Source: Candidatus Doudnabacteria bacterium (GTDB lineage Bacteria; Patescibacteriota; Doudnabacteria; UBA920; VMFF01). From it: a DNA stretch of 64,000 nt. Location: positions 15,114 to 79,113 of the forward strand of contig JAQBQP010000001.1 in the NCBI GenBank assembly GCA_028286905.1, written 5' to 3'. Position numbers and translations under genes: made by a program. This document shows, in pieces, positions 30,698 through 41,498 of this stretch (positions within the stretch are counted from its first letter, which is position 1; every line of letters begins with the position of its first letter). The notes beneath the pieces are model-generated. The model worked only from the letters and a program-made list of their open reading frames with translations. It searched no databases and was not told where the DNA came from.

Positions 30698-31107
30698 TTT
30701 TTACTCCGTTTTCTAAAATATTGGATTAATTGTTCATATGCGACAATCAATCTTTTTCTTCTAGAAAAAACTATTAAATAATTTATTTTCTGTGTTACCG
30801 ACTCTATTATATAGATAGAGCGTAACGGCGATTCAATTAAACCATGCGTTTTCCCAAGAGATCGACCATCCTTAAATAGTAAATAACTAAGAAACAGTTA
30901 GGTCCGCGGGTTTAATCAACCACGTAATCTCTGACGGCAGTATTTGCATACTGTTACAAAGATTCCTGAAATTAAAAAAATCAGGGAAAAGATACAAACT
31001 TGGCCGGAAACATCACGTTTTGGCCTGTTTAGTAGCTATTCTCTGATTTCTTCGAGTAGTCCGATATTAAGCATAGTGTGGATAACCGCTAAGGTCGCGG
31101 CTAATAT
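30698..31107 (-). promoter_or_regulatory. ~410-nt structured 5' leader of the S-layer-like gene
   Basis: TTGACG-17-TATAAT at about 31114-31142; no ORF; several hairpins. Confidence 0.6.
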
Positions 31108-31264
31108 GTGAATATTATAGGATGAAAACCCCGGAACGTCAACCTGAGGATAATCACCTACTGTTAGAAGAAACCACTTATGTATATACTACGCGATTTG
31201 CTTACTAAAGTAACTGTGCATATCTTACACAAATTAAAATCCCTGATGTTCAGGGATTTTAATT

Positions 31265-31339
31265 TGGAGCGGGTAGCGGGAGTCGGACCCGCGTCATCAG
31301 TTTGGAAAACTGAGATAATAGCCGTTATACGATACCCGC
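31265..31339 (-). tRNA. tRNA-Gly(UCC)
   Basis: TCAGT-TTTCCAA-ACTGA anticodon arm; T-loop TCCGACT; CCA. Confidence 0.92.
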
Positions 31340-31451
31340 AGATCAATTTTGCTTCAAAATATTAACACAGCGGTGCGCTTTTGTCTAAACTAAAACCGGC
31401 CTGAGCCGGTTTTAGTTTGTAGCAACTATTCAGTTTTAAAAGTTCTTCTTC

Positions 31452-31601
31452 TTATTCTTCTGAAGAAGAAGAACTACTGTTTGATCTACGTTTGGATCTA
31501 GCCAAACCGCCTAGTTTCCCTGCTCGAGCGTGTCCTGCAGAGTCGCCCTTCCAACCACGACCCTTTGCTCCTTGGGAACTATTATTTCCATTATTTGCCA
31601 T
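31452..31601 (-). CDS. 49-aa KGG/general-stress-like small protein
   Basis: MANNGNNSSQGAKGRGWKGDSAGHARAGKLGG...; GGAGGTGA SD; terminator at about 31387-31418. Confidence 0.75.
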   Translation of the reverse strand: MANNGNNSSQGAKGRGWKGDSAGHARAGKLGGLARSKRRSNSSSSSSEE

Positions 31602-31639
31602 AAAACTCACCTCCCACAAAACTTTTACTTATTAGTGCG

Positions 31640-31744
31640 CTAATCCATTGAATCTGAATCATAATTGCTATCCGTACCGGACGCATTTCTTTGACTTGAT
31701 TGATCCGATGATGATTGGTCGGATCGGCTTCTGTTATCTTGCAT
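31640..31744 (-). CDS. 34-aa Ser/Asp-rich hydrophilic peptide
   Basis: GGAGG SD; MQDNRSRSDQSSSDQSSQRNASGTDSNYDSDSMD*. Confidence 0.55.
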   Translation of the reverse strand: MQDNRSRSDQSSSDQSSQRNASGTDSNYDSDSMD

Positions 31745-31956
31745 GAAACCTCCATTGGTCTTTGATAAGACCTTAATTACTTACATAATGATTGTATCTT
31801 TTAGGTATTTTAAAACAATTGGAATATCAAACAAAAAACACCGCTTTCGCGGGGTTCTGTTTTGTGGGTCGATATTAGTGATCGGCGTGGCCGCTCGCCT
31901 GCTGGCGAGCTATGCACTCCCTATGAGAACGTCATCTTCGATGACATAAGTTATAG

Positions 31957-32033
31957 TGGTCGGGAACCCGGGACTCGAACCCGGAACCTCTCGCTCCCAA
32001 AGCGAGCGCTCTAGCCAATTGAGCCAGTTCCCG
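31957..32033 (-). tRNA. tRNA-Pro(UGG)
   Basis: CTCGC-TTTGGGA-GCGAG anticodon arm, TTCGAGT, CCA. Confidence 0.95.
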
Positions 32034-32067
32034 AAGATTGAGGCTTATTACTAAACCTCAATTGAAA

Positions 32068-32346
32068 TTATGATTTGACTGCTTCTTTTAAACCTTTGCC
32101 GGCACGAAACTTAGGAACTTTCGTTGCAGCGATTTGAATTCTTTCAGTAGGCTTTTGTGGATTTACTCCAGCACGAGCTGCGCGATCGCTTACTGAGAAT
32201 TGTCCGAAACCTGTAATACTAACTTCATCGCCTTTCTTCAAAGTTTCTGTAATGACATCAACTAAGGTGTTTAGCATTTTTTCCGCTTCAGATCTTGGAA
32301 CCGCCAATTTACCTGCTAATGTCTCAATTAAATCATTTTTATTCAT
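32068..32346 (-). CDS. hup: Histone-like DNA-binding protein HU
   Basis: MNK.DLI, GFGQF, R.G.NP, P.F.AGK.LK. Confidence 0.95.
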   Translation of the reverse strand: MNKNDLIETLAGKLAVPRSEAEKMLNTLVDVITETLKKGDEVSITGFGQFSVSDRAARAGVNPQKPTERIQIAATKVPKFRAGKGLKEAVKS

Positions 32347-32414
32347 ATTTTGAAGTACTCCTTTTTTAGAAATGCCCTACAAGTATAGCTTAAAGGCTTA
32401 GCTTAGGCAACTCC

Positions 32415-32975
32415 CTAGTGAAAGAAGAACTTCTTTAATAAGAGCATCAGCCCTACTCCGCTAGCAGCGGCTACTCCTGCGATTGTTAATCCCTTAAAAG
32501 AACCGCCGCTACCTGCTTCAGGGTTTGAACTTGCGGTTGGTATCGTGCTCGTTGGCGAAGAAATCGCCACTTGGCTATTGTCGGGAGTGGTATTAATAGT
32601 TGCACTATTATTCGGATCGACAACACTTAAATCTGCTGCGGTAACACTATCTGCGGTGGTCGAAACTGCTGGGTCGGTAGCAACAGTTTTATTCTTTTTG
32701 GGCGCTGCCGGTTTCTTGATTTTCTTTGGAGCTTTTGGCGTTTTTGGTTTTGCGGTGCTAGGTTTTTTTGTTTTAGGAATCTTCGGCACAGCCTTGGGTT
32801 TTTTGGTCTTTGTTTTTTTGGGAGTAGGTGTACTGCTATTGCTAGGCGTTCCTAAATTCGCAGTTTGTGTATCTATGCTATAAGCCGAGATCGGAAAAGA
32901 AACTTCTCTAGCCTGGGCAGTTCCTGCTCCAAAAACCAAACTCAAAATCGCAAAAATTGAGAAAAAATATTTCAT
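32415..32975 (-). CDS. Exported Lys/Pro-rich low-complexity protein with C-terminal TM
   Basis: Signal peptide ending AQA, PKKTKTKKPK tract, hydrophobic tail. Confidence 0.65.
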   Translation of the reverse strand: MKYFFSIFAILSLVFGAGTAQAREVSFPISAYSIDTQTANLGTPSNSSTPTPKKTKTKKPKAVPKIPKTKKPSTAKPKTPKAPKKIKKPAAPKKNKTVATDPAVSTTADSVTAADLSVVDPNNSATINTTPDNSQVAISSPTSTIPTASSNPEAGSGGSFKGLTIAGVAAASGVGLMLLLKKFFFH

Positions 32976-33042
32976 TTTAATTAAAACTTAATTTGGATAA
33001 AATAAAACAACCTTCTTGTGAGAAGGTTGTTTTATAGAAGTT

Positions 33043-33489
33043 TTAAGCTTCAGCTTCTGGCTTCGGCTCTTCTTTGTCAGGAAATAATTTTTTAAATAGA
33101 GTTCCGAGCACGCCGTTAACAAATTTACCCGAGGATTCCCCGCCAAACGTTTTGCCCAGTTCAACAGCTTCGTTAATGGCAACTTTAGGAGGAACTTCTT
33201 TGGCAAATAACAGCTCATAGATACCTATTCTCAAGATATTGCGATCAATAACAGTAATCTGGTCTAGCGGCCATTCTGGAGCGGTCTCGACAATAGTTTT
33301 GTCGATTTGTTCCAAGTTCTCAACAATACCGCGAATAAGATCGTAAATGAAAGATGAATCTTCCAATCCCGGAGCTAGCTGCTCAATATTATGTTTAGCT
33401 AGATCTTGAATCGAATCTTTTTGTCCGTTAAAGTCCCACTCATAAAGAGTTTGCATCGTAACGGTTCGCGACAAGTGTCGATTAGCCAT
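33043..33489 (-). CDS. nusB: Transcription antitermination factor NusB
   Basis: [27 protein letters not shown]. Confidence 0.95.
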   Translation of the reverse strand: MANRHLSRTVTMQTLYEWDFNGQKDSIQDLAKHNIEQLAPGLEDSSFIYDLIRGIVENLEQIDKTIVETAPEWPLDQITVIDRNILRIGIYELLFAKEVPPKVAINEAVELGKTFGGESSGKFVNGVLGTLFKKLFPDKEEPKPEAEA

Positions 33490-33505
33490 TTAGTTTGATG
33501 TTAGA

Positions 33506-33682
33506 TTACTTAACTTTTCCAACTAGGCGACCTCTGTAATAGCCGCATTTCTTGCAGACTTCATGTGGTCTAACTGGACCTCCGCAGTTTTTACAAACTG
33601 CTAAAGATTTTTCAACTAGATGATGATGTGAACGTCTCTGATTTCTACCTGATCTGGTTTTGTGCTTTTTTGGTACACCCAT
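33506..33682 (-). CDS. rpmF: 50S ribosomal protein L32 (zinc-binding type)
   Basis: MGVPKKH..RRSH..CKNCG..PHEVCKKCGYYRGR; below the ORF-track length cutoff. Confidence 0.95.
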   Translation of the reverse strand: MGVPKKHKTRSGRNQRRSHHHLVEKSLAVCKNCGGPVRPHEVCKKCGYYRGRLVGKVK

Positions 33683-33810
33683 GGTTTTATTGATTTAATA
33701 TACAGGGTTAATTTTAAAATAAAACCGCCGAAATGTCAACGTAGCCCAATCGATCTAATTATTCCCCTTCCCTTCTAACTCTTATACTTTTTATAGCTTA
33801 AATATAAATT

Positions 33811-33918
33811 AAAAAAGATTCGTACTAAGAGCCTAGTAAATATAGCTCCGTACAAATCTTTTGGGCTGCCCCCAAACCGCATAAAGCGAGCTTAGGAGCC
33901 ATGGGTATTTTTGTTTGA
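33811..33918 (-). ncRNA. Candidate small RNA or attenuator
   Basis: TTGACA(33948-33953)-17-TACACT; two hairpins ending in a T-tract. Confidence 0.4.
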
Positions 33919-34014
33919 TTTAGGAGTGTACAGGAAATTGGTGGAAATGTCAAGGCTATAGGCGAACAGTGAATTATTTTACCTGCCCAATTCAGACAAA
34001 TTTTGTTTATAAAA

Positions 34015-34526
34015 AGAAAGACGCCCACCCTGACTAGAAGTCGGGGCGGGCGTTGATCAGCACTGGGCTGATCGGGCTCTCATGAATCATCCTACGCGGG
34101 ATCCCTGCAACGCGCGCGAGTGCGCATGTGTGAGCTTCCCTCCGAGTCGGTCGCGATGCGCGCGACCGATGATGAGGTAGACGGAAACGGCTTTGCGGGC
34201 CGTCTCAGAAGAAACCGTGGGACGACGACGCGCCGCGGAGCTACGAGGCTTCGGAGCTGTTCGCGGCGCGCGAGCCGGTGGCGACCGAGGTCGACGACGA
34301 GCCGATGATGCCGCGCGAGGTGAAGGTCATGGAATTACAGGACACTCTCCGGGTGCTGCGTCCGTGTCGGTCGATGGCTTTGGCCGGCGCGTGGGAACGG
34401 TTCATGATGGTTTCCTCCATGGAATGGTCATCAGAGCTTAGACGGTTTGTCCTTGCTCGACGGTCTCACACCTCATTGAGATGTGTTATCGTTTCGACAT
34501 CATAGCACATCCATAGAAAAAGTCAA
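34015..34526 (-). other. GC-rich transcription unit with a 54-aa ORF (34241-34405) or degraded gene
   Basis: TTGACT-16-TATGAT, GGAGG SD, GC-stem terminator at about 34015-34054. Confidence 0.45.
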
Positions 34527-34623
34527 GCACTTTACCTAAATTCAACAAAAAACCGCTTAAATAAGCGGTTTTCCCATATATATTCACAATAAGTTTCAGG
34601 TATAGGACGGACCTTAGTACTAA

Positions 34624-36291
<1,668 letters not shown>

Positions 36292-36301
36292 TTACTTTAA
36301 T

Positions 36302-36595
36302 TTATTCCATTACTGCTAAAACGTCGCTGTGATCTTTTTCAGAGCCAACGTATAAGATTTTATATTCTACTTTTTCTACTTCAACATCCTCGCCGGAATA
36401 TTTTCCGAACACGACCATATCGCCTTCTTTAAGGCCAAGCTTTTTTAAATCTTCGCCATTCCCTAAAGCAATAATTTTACCTTGTGCTTTCTTTTCTTTT
36501 TCAGCACTTGCGGGCAATACAATTCCCGAGGCAGTAATTTCTTCTTGCTTCAACGGCTGAACCAGAATTCTGTTTCCGATTGGTTTGATTTGCAT
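36302..36595 (-). CDS. groS: Co-chaperonin GroES
   Basis: IKPIGNRILV, TASGIVLP, KYSG. Confidence 0.95.
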   Translation of the reverse strand: MQIKPIGNRILVQPLKQEEITASGIVLPASAEKEKKAQGKIIALGNGEDLKKLGLKEGDMVVFGKYSGEDVEVEKVEYKILYVGSEKDHSDVLAVME

Positions 36596-36772
36596 ATTGT
36601 CCTAATTAAATTAATTAATCGCCTGGCTATTTGGGCCGAGTTTATACTCCATTTTAGCACATTCCCTCAGACATAGGTCAACTTGCATTTTTCCAATGGT
36701 TATGCGATTATGGCCTATGTTCGCAGTACTGTTTTCCCAAACACCTGCGCAAGTGCAGGAGGAAAAGAACAG

Positions 36773-37093
36773 ATGCCGCCAAGGACTGCAAGGGCACGCC
36801 GCGTTCACTTCGAAAAGATCGGACACTCCCGATCGGGTCCGAACTACGCCGGCTGGGTGATCGGCGCAGCATTGCTGCTGCTGGTATTCTTCGCAATGCG
36901 GACCGCGGGCGCCAACAACGAAGCCAAGATCAAGGCAGCGGCTGCGCACGCCGATTCGATTCGGGTGGCGGACTCCACCGCGAAGGCAGTGGCTGCCGAC
37001 TCCGTCAAGAAGGTCGATTCGACCGCCAAGGCCAACGCTGCAGCCAAGCAGCAGGCCAAGCCGACGAAGCACGCCGCCAAGAAGCGCCGCTAG
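36773..37093 (+). CDS. GC-rich single-TM Ala/Lys-rich protein with DS repeats
   Basis: GGAGG SD, TM, ADSIRVADSTAK..ADSVKKVDST; terminator at about 37120-37158. Confidence 0.65.
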   Translation: MPPRTARARRVHFEKIGHSRSGPNYAGWVIGAALLLLVFFAMRTAGANNEAKIKAAAAHADSIRVADSTAKAVAADSVKKVDSTAKANAAAKQQAKPTKHAAKKRR

Positions 37094-37181
37094 TGGCTGT
37101 TCAATCAACGTACAACGCGAGAGCGCCGAACTGTCTTACAGTCCGGCGCTCTTTCTATTTGATCTTATTGCTTTACTCGAG

Positions 37182-38060
37182 TTAAATTTTAAACGGCACT
37201 CTTTCTAGAATCTGTCGGCCTTTATTGCCGGGATGGAAGCTTAATTCGTCTGGTTCGATAACAATGCTATCTTGAATATGAATTCTGCTTTGCTGCATCT
37301 TACCAATTAACTTTTCTAGGTAATCGCCTACTTTGCCATGGAGCAATCTCTCCATAAAAACCTTCACTCTTGAAGTTGCTAAATCTGGATATTTAACTAG
37401 CTGCGGTTGAATTAAATAGTTTTTAATCCATTCTAAATTATTTTGCTGAAATTTATATATTTGATCCGCGCCATAAAATGGAATTAACGAAACATACTCC
37501 ACCGCAGTGTAAACATGCCGTTCTCGGCCAACATTTTTACCATTTTGTACATAATGGTTTAAGCAAAAACGATTTTCCACAAATTTACCATGCCGGCGTA
37601 CTCCAAATATTTGAAAATAGGCAGTTAAAAACAATCGCGCGGTCCAAATTCGTCCAGGCGCCGTTAAAACTAGCAGGTCAATATCACTGCCCTGTTTGGA
37701 ATTATTTATCGCTTCGGAGCCCGTTAATGCTACTGCGTTAACAAATGGTACAAAACGTACCCTCGGCAAATATTTCTTCGCTCGTTTTAAACGAAAAGTA
37801 GAATAATAATTATTTTCTAACCGGCGCTTCGCGATTTCTGCTCGGCCTTTTAAAAAATAAAAACCTTTAGCGTGCTCAACTTCGGATAATGTCGGTAAAA
37901 TTTGTTGGATTTCTAAAAGTGTTGCCTGTTTGTTATCTGCAGAAACATTTAGCAAATACTTATAAATTTCTAATAATGTTAAAGGGTGATCCTGAACATT
38001 AAAATATTCCAGCGTTTTAACGATCTGATTATTTAAACTATTTGGCGTAGGATCGATCAT
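37182..38060 (-). CDS. Nucleotidyltransferase-domain protein
   Basis: TGS....GSDIDLLV Pol-beta-like motif, FCLN. Confidence 0.7.
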   Translation of the reverse strand: MIDPTPNSLNNQIVKTLEYFNVQDHPLTLLEIYKYLLNVSADNKQATLLEIQQILPTLSEVEHAKGFYFLKGRAEIAKRRLENNYYSTFRLKRAKKYLPRVRFVPFVNAVALTGSEAINNSKQGSDIDLLVLTAPGRIWTARLFLTAYFQIFGVRRHGKFVENRFCLNHYVQNGKNVGRERHVYTAVEYVSLIPFYGADQIYKFQQNNLEWIKNYLIQPQLVKYPDLATSRVKVFMERLLHGKVGDYLEKLIGKMQQSRIHIQDSIVIEPDELSFHPGNKGRQILERVPFKI

Positions 38061-38814
38061 ATAATTCCGATACGGTTACAAACTTATAGCCTTTAGCTTT
38101 TAGGTTTTCGATTATTTGAGGCAGCGCTTTTAACATGTTTGGATGATCGACCCCATGCTTCGCTCCAGAACCGTCATGCAAAACAATAACTCCGCCAGGG
38201 CGTGCAAACTTTTCAATATAACTTACAATCACGCTATCGCTCTTAGCGCTGTAGTCTTGGGTTAGATCATTCCAGGTTACAGTAATTAATTTTGCTGCGC
38301 GCGCTGCACCGAAAGCCCAGGGGCTACGAAAACCAAAGGGTGGCCTGTAAAATCTTGGCATTTGACCGGTATGCGCATAAATAATTTGATTAGTTTCAGT
38401 TAAGTCTTTGTAGATTGCATATTCAGTTTCAAATTGCAGGCTATGCGCGTGATGAGTGCTGTGATTTTCTATTTCGTTGCCGTCAGTAGCGATCTTTTTT
38501 GCAATTGCCGGATAAAATTTAACGTTATCGCCGACCACAAAGAATGTTGCTTTTACATCTTCTTGCTTCAGAATGTCTAAAACTTTTAAAGTTGTTTCGC
38601 CGTTTGGCCCATCGTCAAAAGTTAAAGCAATTACTTTGTCTTTTGTAATTATGCTTTTAAAAACATTGCCATAAAAATTTGAAGCCGGGTCATACGAAAA
38701 ATATGCAGCAATCACTAGGAATGCCAGGATCAAGCCGGTTAGTGCAAAAATTTTGAACCGAAACCTTAATTTGGAAGACTTCACAATCTTAAAAGATTTG
38801 TGCGTTTTGGGCAT
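38038..38814 (-). CDS. Polysaccharide deacetylase (CE4/NodB)
   Basis: ALTFDDGP, ATFF, NHS.HH, YRPPFG, VLHDG. Confidence 0.92.
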   Translation of the reverse strand: MPKTHKSFKIVKSSKLRFRFKIFALTGLILAFLVIAAYFSYDPASNFYGNVFKSIITKDKVIALTFDDGPNGETTLKVLDILKQEDVKATFFVVGDNVKFYPAIAKKIATDGNEIENHSTHHAHSLQFETEYAIYKDLTETNQIIYAHTGQMPRFYRPPFGFRSPWAFGAARAAKLITVTWNDLTQDYSAKSDSVIVSYIEKFARPGGVIVLHDGSGAKHGVDHPNMLKALPQIIENLKAKGYKFVTVSELYDRSYAK

Positions 38815-39055
38815 CCAACTCCTCCCAATCGCCATAGCTTTCTTTATAGAATTTTATTTTAGGTCCAAAATTTAATCTATTCTGGCGGATTACTCTAAAG
38901 GTTCCTTTATCATTTGTGAATTCCAAAATATCTTGGGTACCGTCTTTTAACAAGCCGTCGCGTACTTCCACCAGCATTTCTTCGGTGTAGTAAGAAACAT
39001 TATCAAAGTCGAGCTTTGCTTGTTCGACCAATTTTTCCCATTTATCATCTGTCAT
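38789..39055 (-). CDS. Conserved small hypothetical protein
   Basis: 88 aa with its own extended -10 element. Confidence 0.7.
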   Translation of the reverse strand: MTDDKWEKLVEQAKLDFDNVSYYTEEMLVEVRDGLLKDGTQDILEFTNDKGTFRVIRQNRLNFGPKIKFYKESYGDWEELDAQNAQIF

Positions 39056-39067
39056 AATCCTAGTATA

Positions 39068-39979
39068 TCACTTCTGGCAATTCGTGCAGAAGGTGCTGGT
39101 ACGACTGCCAATCTTTTGGGCATGCAGCGGCTTGCCGCATCTTGGACAAGGTTTTCCTTCTTTAGCGTAAACCAAATGTTGATCGGAAAATTTTCCAGCA
39201 GTGCCGTTAGTCATCAAAAAACTTTCAATCGATGATCCACCCAACTTAATCGCTTCCTGCAAAACTTTCTGAATTGATTGTAATAACAATTTTTGCTGAT
39301 CCGGCTTTAGGCTACCAACTTTTCTTAATGGACTAATTTTAGATATAAATAATGATTCGTCAGCATATATATTGCCAATTCCGGCAATCACTTCTTGATT
39401 CAGCAGAAAATCTTTGGCGCGCTTTGAAGAATGCCTTTTTATAATTTCTGAAAATTCTTTGAGCTTCAAAGTAAGCGGTTCAGGACCGAGCTTTTGTTGA
39501 CTTAAAACATTTTTCATTTCCTTGTCAGTTACAAAGCGAATATGTCCGAATTGTCGGGTATCATTATAAAATAGCTTATCGCCATTGCTAAATATAAACT
39601 CGACATGGGTATGCTTGCTTGGCAGTGTTTGCTTTATTGCAGTCTTTGCTAAAGAAAGGGTCAATGGGTTTTTTAAGACTTTTTTCGGTAAAAATATTAG
39701 CTGCCCGGACATTCGTAAATGAATCATTAAATTACCGCCACCCGATAATCGAATAATTAAATACTTTGCGCGACGATCTAAGCCTAAAACTCTTTTGTTT
39801 TTTAGCAGAGCCGCGAAGTTCCGCGAAGATTTTTTTGATCCAATTTTAAGGTTTGAAATTTTTGCCGGACCAACCTTAATCATCTTATCCATATATACAA
39901 AAACTTCTTTGATCTGCTTCGATTTCAAAGATTTTTGCAATTGTCTTTTAACTGTTTCAACTTCTGGTAGTTCCGGCAT
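39068..39979 (-). CDS. mutM: Formamidopyrimidine-DNA glycosylase
   Basis: PELPEVET, RRAKY, HLRMSG, GIGNIYADE, zinc finger. Confidence 0.95.
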   Translation of the reverse strand: MPELPEVETVKRQLQKSLKSKQIKEVFVYMDKMIKVGPAKISNLKIGSKKSSRNFAALLKNKRVLGLDRRAKYLIIRLSGGGNLMIHLRMSGQLIFLPKKVLKNPLTLSLAKTAIKQTLPSKHTHVEFIFSNGDKLFYNDTRQFGHIRFVTDKEMKNVLSQQKLGPEPLTLKLKEFSEIIKRHSSKRAKDFLLNQEVIAGIGNIYADESLFISKISPLRKVGSLKPDQQKLLLQSIQKVLQEAIKLGGSSIESFLMTNGTAGKFSDQHLVYAKEGKPCPRCGKPLHAQKIGSRTSTFCTNCQK

Positions 39980-40015
39980 CGCTTTGTTAGAATGAGGTTA
40001 GATTGATCTGATTAT

Positions 40016-41497
40016 ATGAATTTTACCGACTTCTTAAGCAAAATACAATACAAATTTACCGATGAAGAGGAGCAGTTGCTTCAAAAGGCTTTTGATTTTG
40101 CTAAAAAAGCGCATGCCGGCCAAATTCGGTTTTCTGGCGAAGACTACTTTGAACATCCAGTTGAAGCAGCCATAATTTTGGCAGATATTTTACCAAGCGC
40201 ACCAACTGTTGCTGCTACCCTGCTGCACGATGTTCCCGAAGATACCAAAATTACTTTAGATGAAATTCGCAAAGAGTTTGGTGAAGAAATTGCCAGCTTA
40301 GTAGACGGCGTGACAAAACTTGGCAAAGTCCGTTTGAGGAATAGCAAAGACCAGTATTATGTAGAGAACCTCCGTAAAATGTTTATTGCTACCTCAAAAG
40401 ATATTCGGGTAATTTTGATTAAGCTTGCCGACCGCTTGCACAACATGCGTACTTTGCAATTCGTTCGAAAAGAAAAGCAAAAAAGAATTGCTGAAGAAAC
40501 TTTGGAAATTTTCGCTCCAATTGCTAGCAGGCTGGGCATTGGAGAATGGAAAGATGAACTTGAAGATCTTTCTTTCCAAATTGTTTTTCCAGAAGAATTT
40601 AAAAAAACCGAAGCGCTTTTAAAGAATGCTTTGCATGGCCGAGACAAAGCTTTAAAGAAATTGCAAAAAAATGTTGCCGAAATCCTTCGGACCGAAGGAG
40701 TGAAGTTTGAAGATTTGCAGGGACGCGTAAAGCGCGTTTATTCTCTGCATAAAAAACTTGATAAGTACGGCGGGGACATTCACAAAATTTACGATCTTGT
40801 TGCCTTAAGAGTTATTACCAAATCTACGGTGGATTGCTATTCAGCCCTTGGTGCAATTCATAAACACTTGCAGCTGCTGCCCGGCCGAGTTAAAGATTTT
40901 ATCGCGCTGCCAAAGTCGAATGGCTACAAGAGCATTCACACCACCGTTTTTGATAACCATAAAAACATTTTCGAAATCCAGATTCGCACCGAACAAATGC
41001 ATGACGAAGCCGAAAAAGGTATTGCCGCACACTGGTATTATGAAGAGGGCGACAAAGCTGATAAACTGCAAAAGATGCGCGTCCAATGGGTCCAGGATTT
41101 GCACGACATGCAAAACCAAATGAACAACCCGGAAGAATTTCTAAACGCTCTGAAAATTGATTTCTTTCAAAAAAGAATTTTCGTCTTAACTCCTAAGGGC
41201 GACGTCCGTGATTTGCCAGAAGGCGCAACGCCAATTGATTTTGCTTTTTCAATTCATTCGAACCTTGGCTTTTATATGCAAGGCGTTAAAGTAAATGGCA
41301 AAATGGTTAAAATTGATCACGCTTTAAAGAGCGGCGATGTCGTGGAAATTATCAAATCAAAAAAGCCAGTCACTATTTCTAATGACTGGCTGAAGCAGGC
41401 AAAAACTTCCAACGCCCGCTCTAAAATTCGACATTATTTAGAAGAGCATCAGACCGGAATCTTTAACTCTTTAAAGAAACTGATTAACCGTAAATAA
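40016..41497 (+). CDS. RelA/SpoT family (p)ppGpp synthetase/hydrolase (HD-SYNTH-TGS, no ACT)
   Basis: LLHD, IKLADRLHN, NGYKSIHT, EIQIRT, GIAAHW, TPIDFAF. Confidence 0.93.
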   Translation: MNFTDFLSKIQYKFTDEEEQLLQKAFDFAKKAHAGQIRFSGEDYFEHPVEAAIILADILPSAPTVAATLLHDVPEDTKITLDEIRKEFGEEIASLVDGVTKLGKVRLRNSKDQYYVENLRKMFIATSKDIRVILIKLADRLHNMRTLQFVRKEKQKRIAEETLEIFAPIASRLGIGEWKDELEDLSFQIVFPEEFKKTEALLKNALHGRDKALKKLQKNVAEILRTEGVKFEDLQGRVKRVYSLHKKLDKYGGDIHKIYDLVALRVITKSTVDCYSALGAIHKHLQLLPGRVKDFIALPKSNGYKSIHTTVFDNHKNIFEIQIRTEQMHDEAEKGIAAHWYYEEGDKADKLQKMRVQWVQDLHDMQNQMNNPEEFLNALKIDFFQKRIFVLTPKGDVRDLPEGATPIDFAFSIHSNLGFYMQGVKVNGKMVKIDHALKSGDVVEIIKSKKPVTISNDWLKQAKTSNARSKIRHYLEEHQTGIFNSLKKLINRK

Positions 41498-41498
41498 T

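Noticed and set aside
34405-34500. Hammerhead-like CTGATGA, GAAAC and GTC on the minus strand
   Set aside because: Stems I-III do not close in canonical register; the downstream GAAA is part of the SD-start spacer
36650-36680. CIRCE element upstream of groES
   Set aside because: Only a TTAGCAC half-site overlapping the -10; no inverted partner at 9 bp
39068-39070. Alternative genetic code (UGA as Gly) used by some CPR lineages
   Set aside because: mutM ends at TGA right after its zinc finger, and conserved genes are full length under code 11
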